A DNA stretch of 64,000 nucleotides, taken from assembly GCA_903813345.2 (NCBI GenBank), contig CAIIXF020000001.1:43710001-43774000 (forward strand), given 5' to 3'. Positions 38,401 to 50,276 of this stretch are shown here, one piece after another (positions within the stretch are counted from its first letter, which is position 1; the number at the start of each line of letters is the position of its first letter). A program made the position numbers and the translations under genes. Origin of the DNA: Owenia fusiformis. Lineage: Eukaryota. The notes beneath the pieces are model-generated. The model saw only the letters and a program-made list of their open reading frames with translations, was not told the DNA's origin and ran no database searches.

Positions 38401-41400
38401 TTCACTGAACAGGCCCGTAGCCAGGGGGGGGGGGGGTTCGCAGGGTTCGGGCAACCCCCCCTGGCCAAAAACTCTTTCAAAATCATGCAGTTTTTCACCA
38501 TTTTGTGCACTTCTCAAGTGATGTTTGAAAACTGGCAAATTTTTGAAAACTGGCAATTGGCAAATCCTGGCTTCGGGCATGCTGAACCTTACACCAATCA
38601 GTACCCATGTAACCACTGTATAAATATGTATTATTCTATTCTAAACTTTTCACAAATTAAAGATGTCACTTCTTTACAATGAGCAATCACTTTCTTTGAA
38701 CAACAGAACACTAATTAATGTACATTAACTTTGTAACTGATAATCAGTTCAGGAAGATCAAGTGTAAAAAGAGCTCTGTTATATTGATTAGTGAGTCATA
38801 TACAACGCAATACCTCATTAATTTAACATCAAATTTTATCGTATCATCACAATCTATGAGGAAATCTTTCACTCCCCGAGAGGTTAACTATATAAACCTT
38901 CATGGTGATCCTCAGGGCACATGGGGTAACTCTTTGACATTCGCCATGGCAGTGGACCTGGTATGAGATCTGTTATGAGAATGCCTCCCAAGTTATGACT
39001 TGAGGGATGGCAATGGTTGGATTTTTCCACTTTCTGATATGAGAATGGTCATTGAAAATATGTTACCTCACACTTGTGGTATGGCATTGGTCTAGTAGTT
39101 ATCCATATCCTTATTATCCTACCGAACGAAATTCGAGAGGGATATAGGAAAGCCGTCCGTCCATCCGTTCGTCTGTCCGTCTGTCTGTCAGACCGTCCGT
39201 CTGTTTGTCCGGGCGATAACTCAAATACCGTTTCATGGATTTGATTCAAATTTTATAGGCTTATGCCTTATGGGTGTAGGACCTCTGGTCGAGAAGGAAT
39301 TTTCAATATGGCCACTGAATTCAAAATGGCCTTAAAAAATGTAATCTTTAATAACTCAAATACTAGTTTGCGGATTTGGTTCAAATTTTATATGCTGATG
39401 CCTAGGGACAAAGGAGTTTCGCACAAAAAGAGATTATCAAGATGGCCGCTTAATTTCAAAATGGCGGCCATTTTTCGTAAAAATATGTAATCTTTGATAA
39501 CTCAAATACCAATGAGCGGATTTGGTTCAAATTTTATATGATGATGCTTAGGGACACAGTTGCTATGTTCGACAAAACATTTTCAAGATGGCCGCTTAAT
39601 TTCAAAATGGCAGCAATTTTTCGTAAAAAAAAACGTTATCTTTGATAACTCAAATACCAGTGAACAGATTTGGTTGAAATTTTATATGATTATGCCTAGG
39701 GACACAGTAGCTCTGTTCAAGAAATAATTTTCAAGATGGAGGCTGAATTTCAAGATGGCGGCCCATATTCTTAAAAAACATAATCTTTGATAACTCATAT
39801 ACCAGTGAACGGATTTGGTTCAAATTTTATATGATGATGCCTAGTTCACAATGGTATAAACTAACTTTGTGCCAAATTTCATGCTTCTATCACAAAGTAC
39901 ACAAACATTTCAACATTTACACTAGCTATAATAAGCATAATATGTTTTGTTCGGTGGGATTTGCTACTCCGTGGAGTTGCTGTTTTTCTAGTTTGAGATT
40001 CTGTTGGATCATTTGGCTCCTTCTTGTTCTCAGATCCTTCTTCTTTGATATGGCATTGGTCTTATATCTGGATATTTGGTATGGCATTGGTTTTATATTT
40101 GGACATTTGGTATGGCTTTTAGGCATTATTTTCGTTGGTATGGAAACATATTGAAATCTGATAGATTGTTATAGGAAGTTAGGAACGTATTAAATTTTGT
40201 ATACAGTGAACGCCCCGAGTTCAGTCCTATTGTGCTATCATGCTTAAGGATTTTGAGCTATTCAAAACATTATTTTATATTTCTTAGTTCACATACTTTC
40301 TTCAGTTCTGAAGTTATATACTTTGTACTTTCTTATTAATTTGACTTAGTTTTATGGCTTTACAGTCAGCGGTATATAGTAAAACTTGCTTGTGTAAACA
40401 TCTCTCTTATAAGCGAATTTCACGAAAATGTGAACACTTTTTATAGTCACAGTTTGTAAGCGCCATATTGTATGTATGTAAATGCAAGTAGAACCTTTAA
40501 ATGCTAACAGCCTTCAAACATGATCAGTTCTAACTCGTACTATGTATATGCAGTGTTCACTTTAGACAGGTTTTGCTTTTATTCAGTCGTTGCAATAAGA
40601 ACAAGGCATTAACATGACAAAATGTCACCACCTAGTTGCTCACAATATTATGAGTTCAATCTTAAAATTTGTTTGATGCAAGTAGAAAAAATACCTTTTT
40701 GACCTTGAGAAAGTTGTTGAATGTGAAATCTCAAATCTAAATTCAGATTTAAACTTCTGATAACTTGTTGATGATTTTGAAAAAAATTGAAGTCATTGGA
40801 AGTTGTTAGAATTTGTAACAGACACCACCCGCTGATCGCCAACCACCGATCACCAACCTCCATCAGAAAAAATGGAGAGCATCACAAAATGACATCACCT
40901 TTTGGTGGTGACATAAGAAGGCTTTAACAATTTCTGGTCTGTTTAGCGGTGCTCTGCACTGGGCTTTCCAATAATCTCCCTTGTAAAATCCCCTTTGTTT
41001 CTTACTTAAGGGGTTCTTTACCTTTTGCAAAAGTAAAATAGAAATAAAAAATAGCCTAATCACTAGGTTCAAAAGATTTTATTCCTGCTAAACAGACAAT
41101 CAACCTTTAGGGGCCTAATATCAAAAGGTATAAATACAATAGAATATTTCAGTGATACGTCTATAATACTACACTGTGCTTTAATATAAGCCTAGAGATC
41201 TGAATGACATCAGAGATATAGGCTGCTGCAAAAGGAAATAAAAATTAGGATTCTTTCATAAGGAAATAATGATGAATGTTTTAACAATTTTGATTTGGCT
41301 TGTGTGTTTTTACATTACATTGTTTTGTGACAAAGCAAATACAGATAAGAGAGGTTCATTTAACAATAGTGGATATTCAACCAAATATTACCATGAGATC

Positions 41401-44400
41401 GGTTACATTTATACACAACCTCCCATGAAGACATCAGTTATGTCAATGGCTGCCTATGATATGGAAATAGCTGCCGTTCAATGTTTGTTCACTTGTCAGA
41501 AGGAGAATTCAGCGGAAAATTTAAACTGTGTTGCTGTTAATTTTAACAGTGAAAATGGAACATGTCAACTGCTTTCAAATCAGCCTGTTTATAAGTATGA
41601 CGAGTGTGTTGTAAGTGATGACCACTGGACATTGTATATGGAGGAACCTATTAAATTTCCACGTGATTGTGAAGATATAAGGAAAAGAACACTGGATCAA
41701 TACTATGAGATTCAACCCGACTTGGACAAACCACCATTTTCTGTGTTATGCGGTATTGGTCCAAGCATGGCTACTTATATTCAAAGTCACAAATCATCAA
41801 GCCATTTTGATTTTCAGAATGCGACATGGGCTCAATATCGTGATGGCTTCAGAGTTTACCCTCCTGGCTTATCCTACTACTGGATTGGCAATGAAAATCT
41901 CCACACTCTTACAAGCAGTCGTGATTATACCATTGACTTCTTGTGTCGTGTAAATAGAACTTTTTCTCTATTCATACTCTACAGCAGTATTTTAGTTGGC
42001 AGTGAAGCAGATTTTTATAGACTGAATATTGGAACTTGTGCATATAGAACTAGGGATATTTTAAATGATGCCATTTGGGTTACAGCCAATGATGAAGCAA
42101 AAATAAATGGGTCAGTATTTCTGACACATGAGAATGTTACAGAAAATGCATGTGCAAGGCAGGGTGGCTGGTGGTACAACAACTGTACAAATGCTAACTT
42201 TAACACAGCCAATGGTAATATGTTTTGGGGAAGTTATGACTGTTCGTACGGAAAAATAAGGGTATTACGAAAAAAGCCATGATGTTGTAGGTAGTGTGTG
42301 AAAAGAAACTTTTCCAATGTTGTTCCAAAAACATTTAAATAGAAAATGAATTCCTTGAATTTAACAAATGTTCATCATCTTAATTAATTTGTATTACTGT
42401 CCTCAAATCAAGTAAGTTATTTTGGTTAGTGATTTGAGGAAAGTTATACAAATTAATCATCTTTACCTAACCGATGAATACATTTGGACATATTCATCAT
42501 CTTAGATTTTAGATTATATTTAGATTATAATTTCAGTGAGCTCTGCTATATTGTATATTATCACATAATTTATTTGCAATGCAGAATTTACCTAGTACCC
42601 CAGTCCGAATGTCCAAATATAGGACCAATGCTATACTAAATGTCCAGATATAAGACCAATGCCATACCAAATGTCTAAATATAGAACCAATGCCATACCA
42701 AATGTCCAAAGTAGAAAAAGCTAATATTCAAACTGATGAAGGCCCTGAGAAGAAGGCAGATCTATGTGGAAAACAATCCAAAATAACCTCAAATTAAGGA
42801 TATGTGTAATTACTAGACCAATACCATACCGCAATTGTGAGGTAGCATATTTCCCACAACCATTCTTATTCCAGAAAGCGGAAAAATCTGACAATTCCCA
42901 TATCTCAAAAGTTTGGGGGCATTCTCATACCATATCCTAAAATTTGGGTCCATTGCCATTCCTAATGCCAAAAAAGGTACCCCATATGCGCCTAGGATCC
43001 CCGTCAAGGTTTATACAAGTATACAGTGAACCTCCCAGGGTTCTTATATGAATGGTTATTAAAGGTTAAAGAATTAATCTAGTGGTATCTGATTTCTTCA
43101 TACTTTTCCTAATTTTCTTATTCATGTTATTTGTTTAAATAAACTCATACAAATACTGATTATTAATACATAATTTGTAAGAACTGTACATATAGATAAA
43201 AAATATATAAATAGAAATAGGTTTCTCCATAAGTTCAGAGTTGTATTTAGCTTTTTTGAGTTTAAGGAAGTTGTGCACTGGCAAAAGGTGGCTCATTCAA
43301 AATGGCCGCTCATTTCAAAATGGCGGCCATTTTAGTGCCGATTTTACAGTAATTTAGGTGCAATATGTAAAACTGTTATATCAATATGTTTTAAATGTAA
43401 AAAAATTATAAAGGACATTAATAATGCTACAAATGTAGATATTAAAGAAGCACATGGCAGCCATCTTGAAAAATGGCGGCCTTTACTCGTCATTTTACGA
43501 TTTTTGCTATAACTCAAAAAATAGTGGAGCGATTTTGTTCATATTTGGTATGTGAATACTATAAGCATTGTACACTGTCTAAAGACACTTTTGGTAGAAG
43601 GTGGCCATTTTGAAAAATTTTTGAAAAATGGCCGCCATTTTAACGTATTTTACTATAACTCGAAAAGTAGTGGAGCGATTTTGTTCATATTTGGTATGTG
43701 AATACTATAAGCATGGCACACTGTCCTATGACACTTTTGGTAGAAGGCGGCCATTTTGAAAATTTTTTGAAAAATGTATTTTACTATAACTCGAAAAGTA
43801 GTGGAGCAATTTTGTTCATATTTGATATGTGAATACTTTAAGCATGGCACATTGTCTAATAAAACTTTGCGGAGTAGTCGGCCATTTTGAAAAATGGCCA
43901 CCATTTTTATGTGTGTTATTTTACAAATACGTGTGCGATTTTTCAAAAATTTTAGAGGTGGCTACTGAAAAGCATATTATTTCTTCTGATGACAACTTGG
44001 CTAGTGAGCAACTATTTTGAAAATGGTGGCCTTTCTGGTGTGTTGTTTTATGATATTTGCTATTCGTTTGTAAAAATGCCAGCCATTTCTGTTCGATGGG
44101 ATTCGCTACGCTTTGGCGTTTCCGTTGTTCTGGTTTGATGAGTGTTTAGAATTGAGTGATATCACACATTTGAAAATGTCAATGAAAAGTAATGGTTTTT
44201 TTGGAGTATTTTTTTGCACTTAGCAACAAAGATTTCAAAAATTACACTATTCAGTATGCAAAAAATCTGTTATTCAGTTATAAAGATACATCCTCTTTGT
44301 GTCTTATATAGGGGAGCACAATATTTTTGGGCTTCAAGTAGAATTGAAACAGGGTAACTCAGATGCGAGTAGGTAGTTGCCAGTTTCACCACCAGGTGGC

Positions 44401-47400
44401 TCATTCGGGTCAGATAGCATGGCGGATATAGAAGAAAGTTCATATCACCCTTATGTATCTAATAGTTATGTAAATTAAAATATGTCCAATAAAAGAAAAT
44501 ATCTGTCAAATACAAGAATAGATATTTCACTTTTTGTGATAAATAACTTGGGGTTTATCTCCCCAAACTAGAAGTCACATTTTCAAAATATTTAAATGTA
44601 AATTTCAAATATGACATCACTTTGACTGAATATTAAATGACGTAAATCAAGATTATTTCTCCGCGCATCTAGTCTATTAGGCCTACATTTTGATGAAAAA
44701 TTACATTCACTTTAATTAATTTTTAGACCCCAGTGTGTATAACTACCTTAATTAAAGACTAATGAATGTGATTCAACAGTAAATGATACTAAATTCTTCA
44801 TTCATTCAGCTTAAATGCTTCATCGAATATATACTTACAATTATAAATTTGTAACCAACATTAAAACCTAACAACGCATCAATAACTCAATGTTTTTCAT
44901 ATCTTAGGGATTTTGTAAGTTTTGTAGATTTGCATTAAGACTCTCTTCCCATCTCTCCTCTCACTGGGAGAATAGGAGCAGAATATTAATGCAAGACAAA
45001 AGAGCATTCATTTTGTGAAATTTAAACCCTGGGTGCAGAGTCTAGCTCAAAACTATGCTTATTTTTGCCTGTCGGCTACTGGATTTACCTGCTATTTTAT
45101 GGGCAACTCATTTAAATATGAATAGTACCTGCCACTATTCCATTCATATTTAAATGAGTTAGTCGTGAAATATTAGGTTAATCTGGTAGCCGATAGGCGT
45201 TAGTTGCACTCGCGAATACAAGCCAAATGAATGCAAAAGGAATGATACGTATTTGAGGAATAAATAATGATAGGCCATTCAATATGTATAAAATTCAGCA
45301 TGAGTTGGACAGAATGACATAAAAAGCACAAACTGAATGGCCTGTCTTTATTTATTACGATTCAAACATTCAAAATGAAAACGTTCAGAGAATTGGAATT
45401 GAGGTCCATAAAATAACCAAACTTGCTGTTATTTTCGCCATTCCTAGGTGTGACATCACAATGCAACACAATAAATAGATTCCTAGATACAGATTGAATA
45501 GATGCACCGTATGCACAGTCATTCATGAGTGGAGGATTAGAGAATCTAGGCTATGTTGATTCTGATTGGTTGACATTCGTATGATGTGAGACTTGACATT
45601 CACCAGGAAAGTAGAAACATTTTGTCACCTATGATGCAGATAATTTTTTTACTGCTTAATAAATGATAAATGTCAGTCATATTAGGTTCTATAAGTATGA
45701 GGATAGCATGCCGTCTGCTATTTCAAGGTAACTCGTTCGAAAAATTATGGCGGTGATTGAAAAGGTGATGTAAAGATAAAACCGCAAGGAAATATTTGTA
45801 AACTATGAAATATACATCACATGTTGAATTTTTCAAAACAGAAAAAAACATGTATAAATAGTAAATCCTTTACATCCAATTCCCCTGGTAGCATTAACAT
45901 TGGTCTCATATAAGTTATACAATTAATATTTGAAACCCAGCTATCATTTGAACTTATGAACGAAGTTATGATGTGATGTATATTTCTTAGTTTTTCAAAG
46001 AAATCTACAAATATATCATTACGGTTTTATCTTTACATCGTAATATCAATCACCGGCATCACTTTTCGAACGAGTTACATGTACCTTGCAGGGGCGGATC
46101 TGGGAACCAACAAGGGGGGGCCCAAATCTCAGGTCAGAGAAAAAAAGTTATGCGCTTGCGCGTAAAAAAATTTTGGGCCCCTAAAACCTAAAAGTTGGCC
46201 CAAATTTTGAGGCCCATTTTCTTCAAAATTTGGCCTGAAATTAAAAAATAAGGCCTTAAAAGGCCCAGTTATGACCAAAAAGGCCCACTTTTTGGGGCTT
46301 TAAGGCCTTTTTTGGCCCATAATATTTTTGGGCCCAATTTTTTTTTTCTGGGCCCACCCAAGGGGGGGGGGCCCGGGCCCCCAGGCCCCCCCCCCCCCTA
46401 ATCCGCCAGTGCCTTGAAATATCAAGGGAAGACGTCATGCTATTCTCATACTTATAGTACTCAATGTGACAGTCATTGACCATTTATTAAGCAGTAAAAA
46501 ATTAATTTGCCTCATGGGTTACAAAATGTTTCTACTTTCCTGGTGAATGTCATCATACGAATGTAATTCAAGGTGATCTGTCTGGATGGGATGTTAAAGA
46601 ACTGTCATATCAGTGTTAGACAATGTGTTATGTGTTTCAGTGGCAGGGGGTATGCTGGCAGGAGTCATGGGTTCTAGGTTCTACAACTCGGGAAAGTTTA
46701 TGCCAGCTGGAATGGTCATGACAATCAGGTACATCAAATATATATTCTAGATAAGCACATTTTTGCTTTAATACTGTTTGATGGATTGATGCATATTCAA
46801 TAATACTTTACTATACAGTTTTAATAATAATTATATTCAATCAAAAAAACTACAATATCTCCATTTAAATGTAACATTTTCAGTTTGAATATTTCCCCAC
46901 CCATTTTGAATTTTTCATGCATGTTACTGATGTGGTCTTTGCCAATGGGAAACTACTCCTGCCTTGTAATTTTTATTGTGAAATATGTAAATGAGGAGTA
47001 ATTTGATGAGACATTTTGTTCAGTAGGATTTGTTACTTAAGGCCCTAACACTGCAAGGATTTGCTCTTTTTCTAGTTTTGCAAAGTGAGGTCTTATATCA
47101 GGGTCCAGGGTATTCGTCCTTACAAAAACATTCAAACGTGAAAATCATTTGACTCATTTGGTGATGATATTTTTAGCTCACTTTGGAATCACCCATTTGT
47201 CTTATAACAATATCAGACAAAAGAAAACTTTTATTTTATGGGGGCCCATACTGGTAATTTACGATTGGTCCTTGCTCCCATTTTTGCCTTGTTTTAGAGA
47301 TTTTTGTTGACAAAATAGCAGAACTGAGGAATCAGCACACGAGTCACCCAAATGGTGGCATTTTTTATGTGGTTTGACAATTGGTTTCTTTTTATTTTCA

Positions 47401-47447
47401 GTTTGTTGATGGTCGGAAGAAACATATACAGGCTGACTCAGCCATAA
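35447..47447 (+). CDS. TMEM14C: TMEM14 family mitochondrial membrane protein. Exons 35447-35519, 37811-37912, 46641-46728, 47402-47447
   Basis: Spliced product [102 protein letters not shown], with the family motifs GYVKAGS and [12 protein letters not shown]. Confidence 0.93.
35791..36683. mobile_element. 893-bp non-autonomous DNA transposon, ~55-bp TIRs, 6-bp TSD
   Basis: CACGGGCTACTAGAG...GAGTATGACCGGTTCT mirrored at the right end; TACAGT at 35785-35790 and 36684-36689. Confidence 0.8.
36686..36971. mobile_element. Tc1/mariner-type MITE
   Basis: 20-bp TIR CAGTGCTCACCATAAATAAA / TTTATTTATGGTGAGCACTG with TA flanks. Confidence 0.8.
38870..40222. mobile_element. Old TIR element split by the 39112-39993 HINE; inverted homolog at about 42595-43043
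   Basis: The reverse complement of 38875-39112 aligns by eye with 42795-43040; 31-bp subrepeats (GGTATGGCATTGGT...) are shared by 40053-40115 and 42605-42710. Confidence 0.6.
39112..39993. mobile_element. HINE-like element with ~145-bp units (inverted relative of 11238-12215)
   Basis: TTATCCTACCGAACGAAATTCGAGAGGGATATAGG start, (CCGT)n microsatellite, tandem units, ...GGAGTTGCTGTTTTTCTAGTTT end. Confidence 0.8.
41269..42282 (+). CDS. Secreted PAN/Apple + fibrinogen-related-domain (FReD) protein; single coding exon, nested in TMEM14 intron 2
   Basis: 337-aa ORF: hydrophobic signal peptide; PAN Cys pattern (CLFTC...CVAVNF...CQL); FReD motifs [48 protein letters not shown] at about 41129. Confidence 0.85.
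   Translation: MMNVLTILIWLVCFYITLFCDKANTDKRGSFNNSGYSTKYYHEIGYIYTQPPMKTSVMSMAAYDMEIAAVQCLFTCQKENSAENLNCVAVNFNSENGTCQLLSNQPVYKYDECVVSDDHWTLYMEEPIKFPRDCEDIRKRTLDQYYEIQPDLDKPPFSVLCGIGPSMATYIQSHKSSSHFDFQNATWAQYRDGFRVYPPGLSYYWIGNENLHTLTSSRDYTIDFLCRVNRTFSLFILYSSILVGSEADFYRLNIGTCAYRTRDILNDAIWVTANDEAKINGSVFLTHENVTENACARQGGWWYNNCTNANFNTANGNMFWGSYDCSYGKIRVLRKKP
43290..44137. mobile_element. Inverted, shorter, one-end-truncated copy of the 23337-24887 HINE family
   Basis: Reverse complement of about 24730-24530, then tandem units, then the terminal GATGGGATTCGCTACGCTTTGGCG...GTTCTGGTTT. Confidence 0.85.
44355..44678. mobile_element. CAGATGCGAGTAG MITE family copy (inverted)
   Basis: Reverse-complement homolog of 54423-54861. 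Confidence 0.75.
45067..45198. repeat. Long imperfect palindrome (foldback/MITE core)
   Basis: GCCTGTCGGCTACTGGATT...AACTCATTTAAATATGAAT mirrored by ATTCATATTTAAATGAGTT...AATCTGGTAGCCGATAGGC. Confidence 0.8.
45573..46564. mobile_element. Foldback element with ~250-bp inverted arms; right arm interrupted by a MITE
   Basis: GACATTCACCAGGAAAGTAGAAACATTTTGT (about 45596) mirrored at about 46520-46551; further mirrored blocks continue inward to about 45822/45970. Confidence 0.8.
46089..46411. mobile_element. hAT-like GC-tract MITE
   Basis: CAGGGGCGGATC ... AATCCGCCAGTG termini; many GGGCCC motifs; CCTTG on both flanks. Confidence 0.75.
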
Positions 47448-50276
47448 ATGATCCTTTAGTTAGATGACATTCCACTTACTTCATCAAAAGCTAGTGATTG
47501 GATAGCTCTAATAATATAGCTATTTTATGCAATAAACACTATTATCATGTGGTCTGTAAAATGAAGCCCTCTGATTGGTCAGTTCTTGTGCTGTACCAAT
47601 CTGTATTGCTACTGAGGTTGTCCCCGTCAGTAATGTCCCTGAGAAGCTGTGTCTTCTGACATTTATATAATTTTAGATTTTAACTCTAATCCCCACCTTC
47701 ATTTCCATTTATATGTGAAAACCTAATAAATAGTAGTACCAATTTCTAAAACCAACTGTATTTAATTCTAAAATGTGTCATACATGTTAAACATGCACTA
47801 CCATTTGGAATATATTTATTATTTGGCAATGTAAATAAATGAAGTATATGACAAATAAACATGCTTTTTATACTTAAAATGCTACATGTTACGTTATCAT
47901 GATGCTTTTGTTACGTAGAAGTAAAACAATTTTGACCAATCGACTTAAATCTTTTAACAAACCTTTCTAATATTATATTTTATCAATCTTCAATATGAAT
48001 AAAACCCCAGTCACACCATTTGTGGTTGACAAATATATCAAATTAATGATCTAAAGAATTTACCAAACCTCCATAGATATACATGTATCATGATCTTAAT
48101 GTTACAGAGTAGTATGTCTGTGTTACATGAAACGCCAGTGTTAAGCTATTGATTAACATATACTGAATTATTGATGATATGTAAATAATAATAATGTGTT
48201 CTCTATTGAATTGCATAATATTTACATAGTGGTGTACAATAGAAGCAATAGATCTTTATGATAAATCCTATGCCACCTTTTCATATAGATGTACTTGTAT
48301 TACAACCAGCTATGAGTATAACATCATCTAGCTGGCCAATATACAGTTTCTCTGATACTGTAGATACACTTATTTTGACACTGCTTCATTTGACTGATTT
48401 GCTCAATATTAGTTGCTATTTAATTTGGCAGATTCAGGACTGAAGTTTAATTTTTGTAGATGTTTATGTCTTTAGGACAGGTGTTTACTAAGATATTTTC
48501 TGTATTTCCTTTAGAATAATGTAGAATTGATGACATGTTGACAGGAAAAGGGGCCACTGGATTTTAATTTCTGAAGTGCATTGGACAAAAATTTCAAACT
48601 GAAATTTGATGGATTTTTAATTTGGCGGATTTTCTCAATCCGCCAATTCGTCAAATTAAAACGGGAGGCAAATTTAGTGTATCTACAGTATATTAAAAGG
48701 GGCAGAATTTATGGGAAAGACCTATTATGTTCAGATGTTAGAAAACTGGCATTTGTACATTATGCTTGTTGGTCTTCATTAATTCCAAGAACCTTTGTTA
48801 CTGATCCATAGCCAGATGAAGCAAACTGATGTTATTCTCATCAAAAATGGTGGACAAATATTATTCTGGTACCAATAAGCCTTTGAAATATGCCCACATT
48901 GCCATATCGCTTGCTCGCTGAAGGTCACCAGCTGCCATTTGTTCCAGACTCCGAATGCCAACTGCCAAATGCTAAACACTGACTGCAGAATACTAACTGC
49001 AGAACACCAACTGCCAACAGCTGCCTTAAAAAAGACCATAACAATATGTCACCACTTAGTGGTCTGCTTACGAAATATTTCTTAATATAAAAAAATGACA
49101 AGGCATTAACACTGTAAAATATCACGCCGACCGCCAAACACTGTCCACAAAAAAAGTCGAAGACTTAAAACTATAGTCACCACTTTTGGTAGTGACGTAA
49201 ACCAAGAATATGTGTAATATGAACACTATTGATTAGATTATCCTTTCATCATTTTGTTCAGCCTTTTTATTAATTATGAATGCCATATTGAGTTACAAAT
49301 AGAGTGCCATTTACATTACTATTAGTAAAATTGATCATTTTTTCAGAAATGTGAAAAGCTAAATAATGATCATGTGACACCATGCATTTGCTTATACTAG
49401 CCTAAACACCTGATCTTGCATTTACATCTTGTGATGCTCTTACTCATTATTATGGGTTGACATGCTTATATTCTTTATTCAAAAGTGTATGGAATTTTTC
49501 CACTTGAAACAACATGCAGTTTGTTTTCCAGATAGGCCTAAACATCCATCTTGCTGCACCAAGATATAGCCCTACACTGGTCAACATGGGTACTGACACT
49601 GTAAATCCTCAATATCAATAATAATCCACGTTAGGGTATGGACATGAAGAAATGGGTAGGAAATGTAGGGATCGTAAGAAACTGGTCTCACCTTTTGTTT
49701 TAATCCAGTTGACAAAGGACACACAAATTCTTCATTCAGATTTCTCAGTCAACTCAGTCAATTTCTTGAACAATAGTCTTATATATTAGAAATAGAACCA
49801 TATGAAAGGTTTATTAATTCTTAAAGTTCTCTTAATCTACTACACACATTTATTGTAAAATGGTACAAGTCAATATGGCCACAAAAAATGACATTAAAAT
49901 GTGAGTTTTTACCATTAAATGGTAATCATACTCACATTGTGGAATGGGCACCATATACAAGCCACCTATAACATTCTCAGCTTTTAAATGACATTACATG
50001 TATGTGAATTGAACAAACAATCACTGAGGTTTCACTGGAGGATTTACATCTGTTACATCTGTATCCGATGGATAATTAAGGACGAGATCATTGAGTCAAT
50101 GGGTAATTCCAATCCATTTCTTCAATTCTATGGTAAGGGATCGCAATACTCATGGTAACATAAGAAAATGTTATAGGACAAAGAGTTTAGTTTGTTTATT
50201 TTCAACAGATTTTTTAATGAGAATGGTTCAGTTATGTTAAGTTCATGTACTGATATTATTTCTTGAGAATAAAAGT

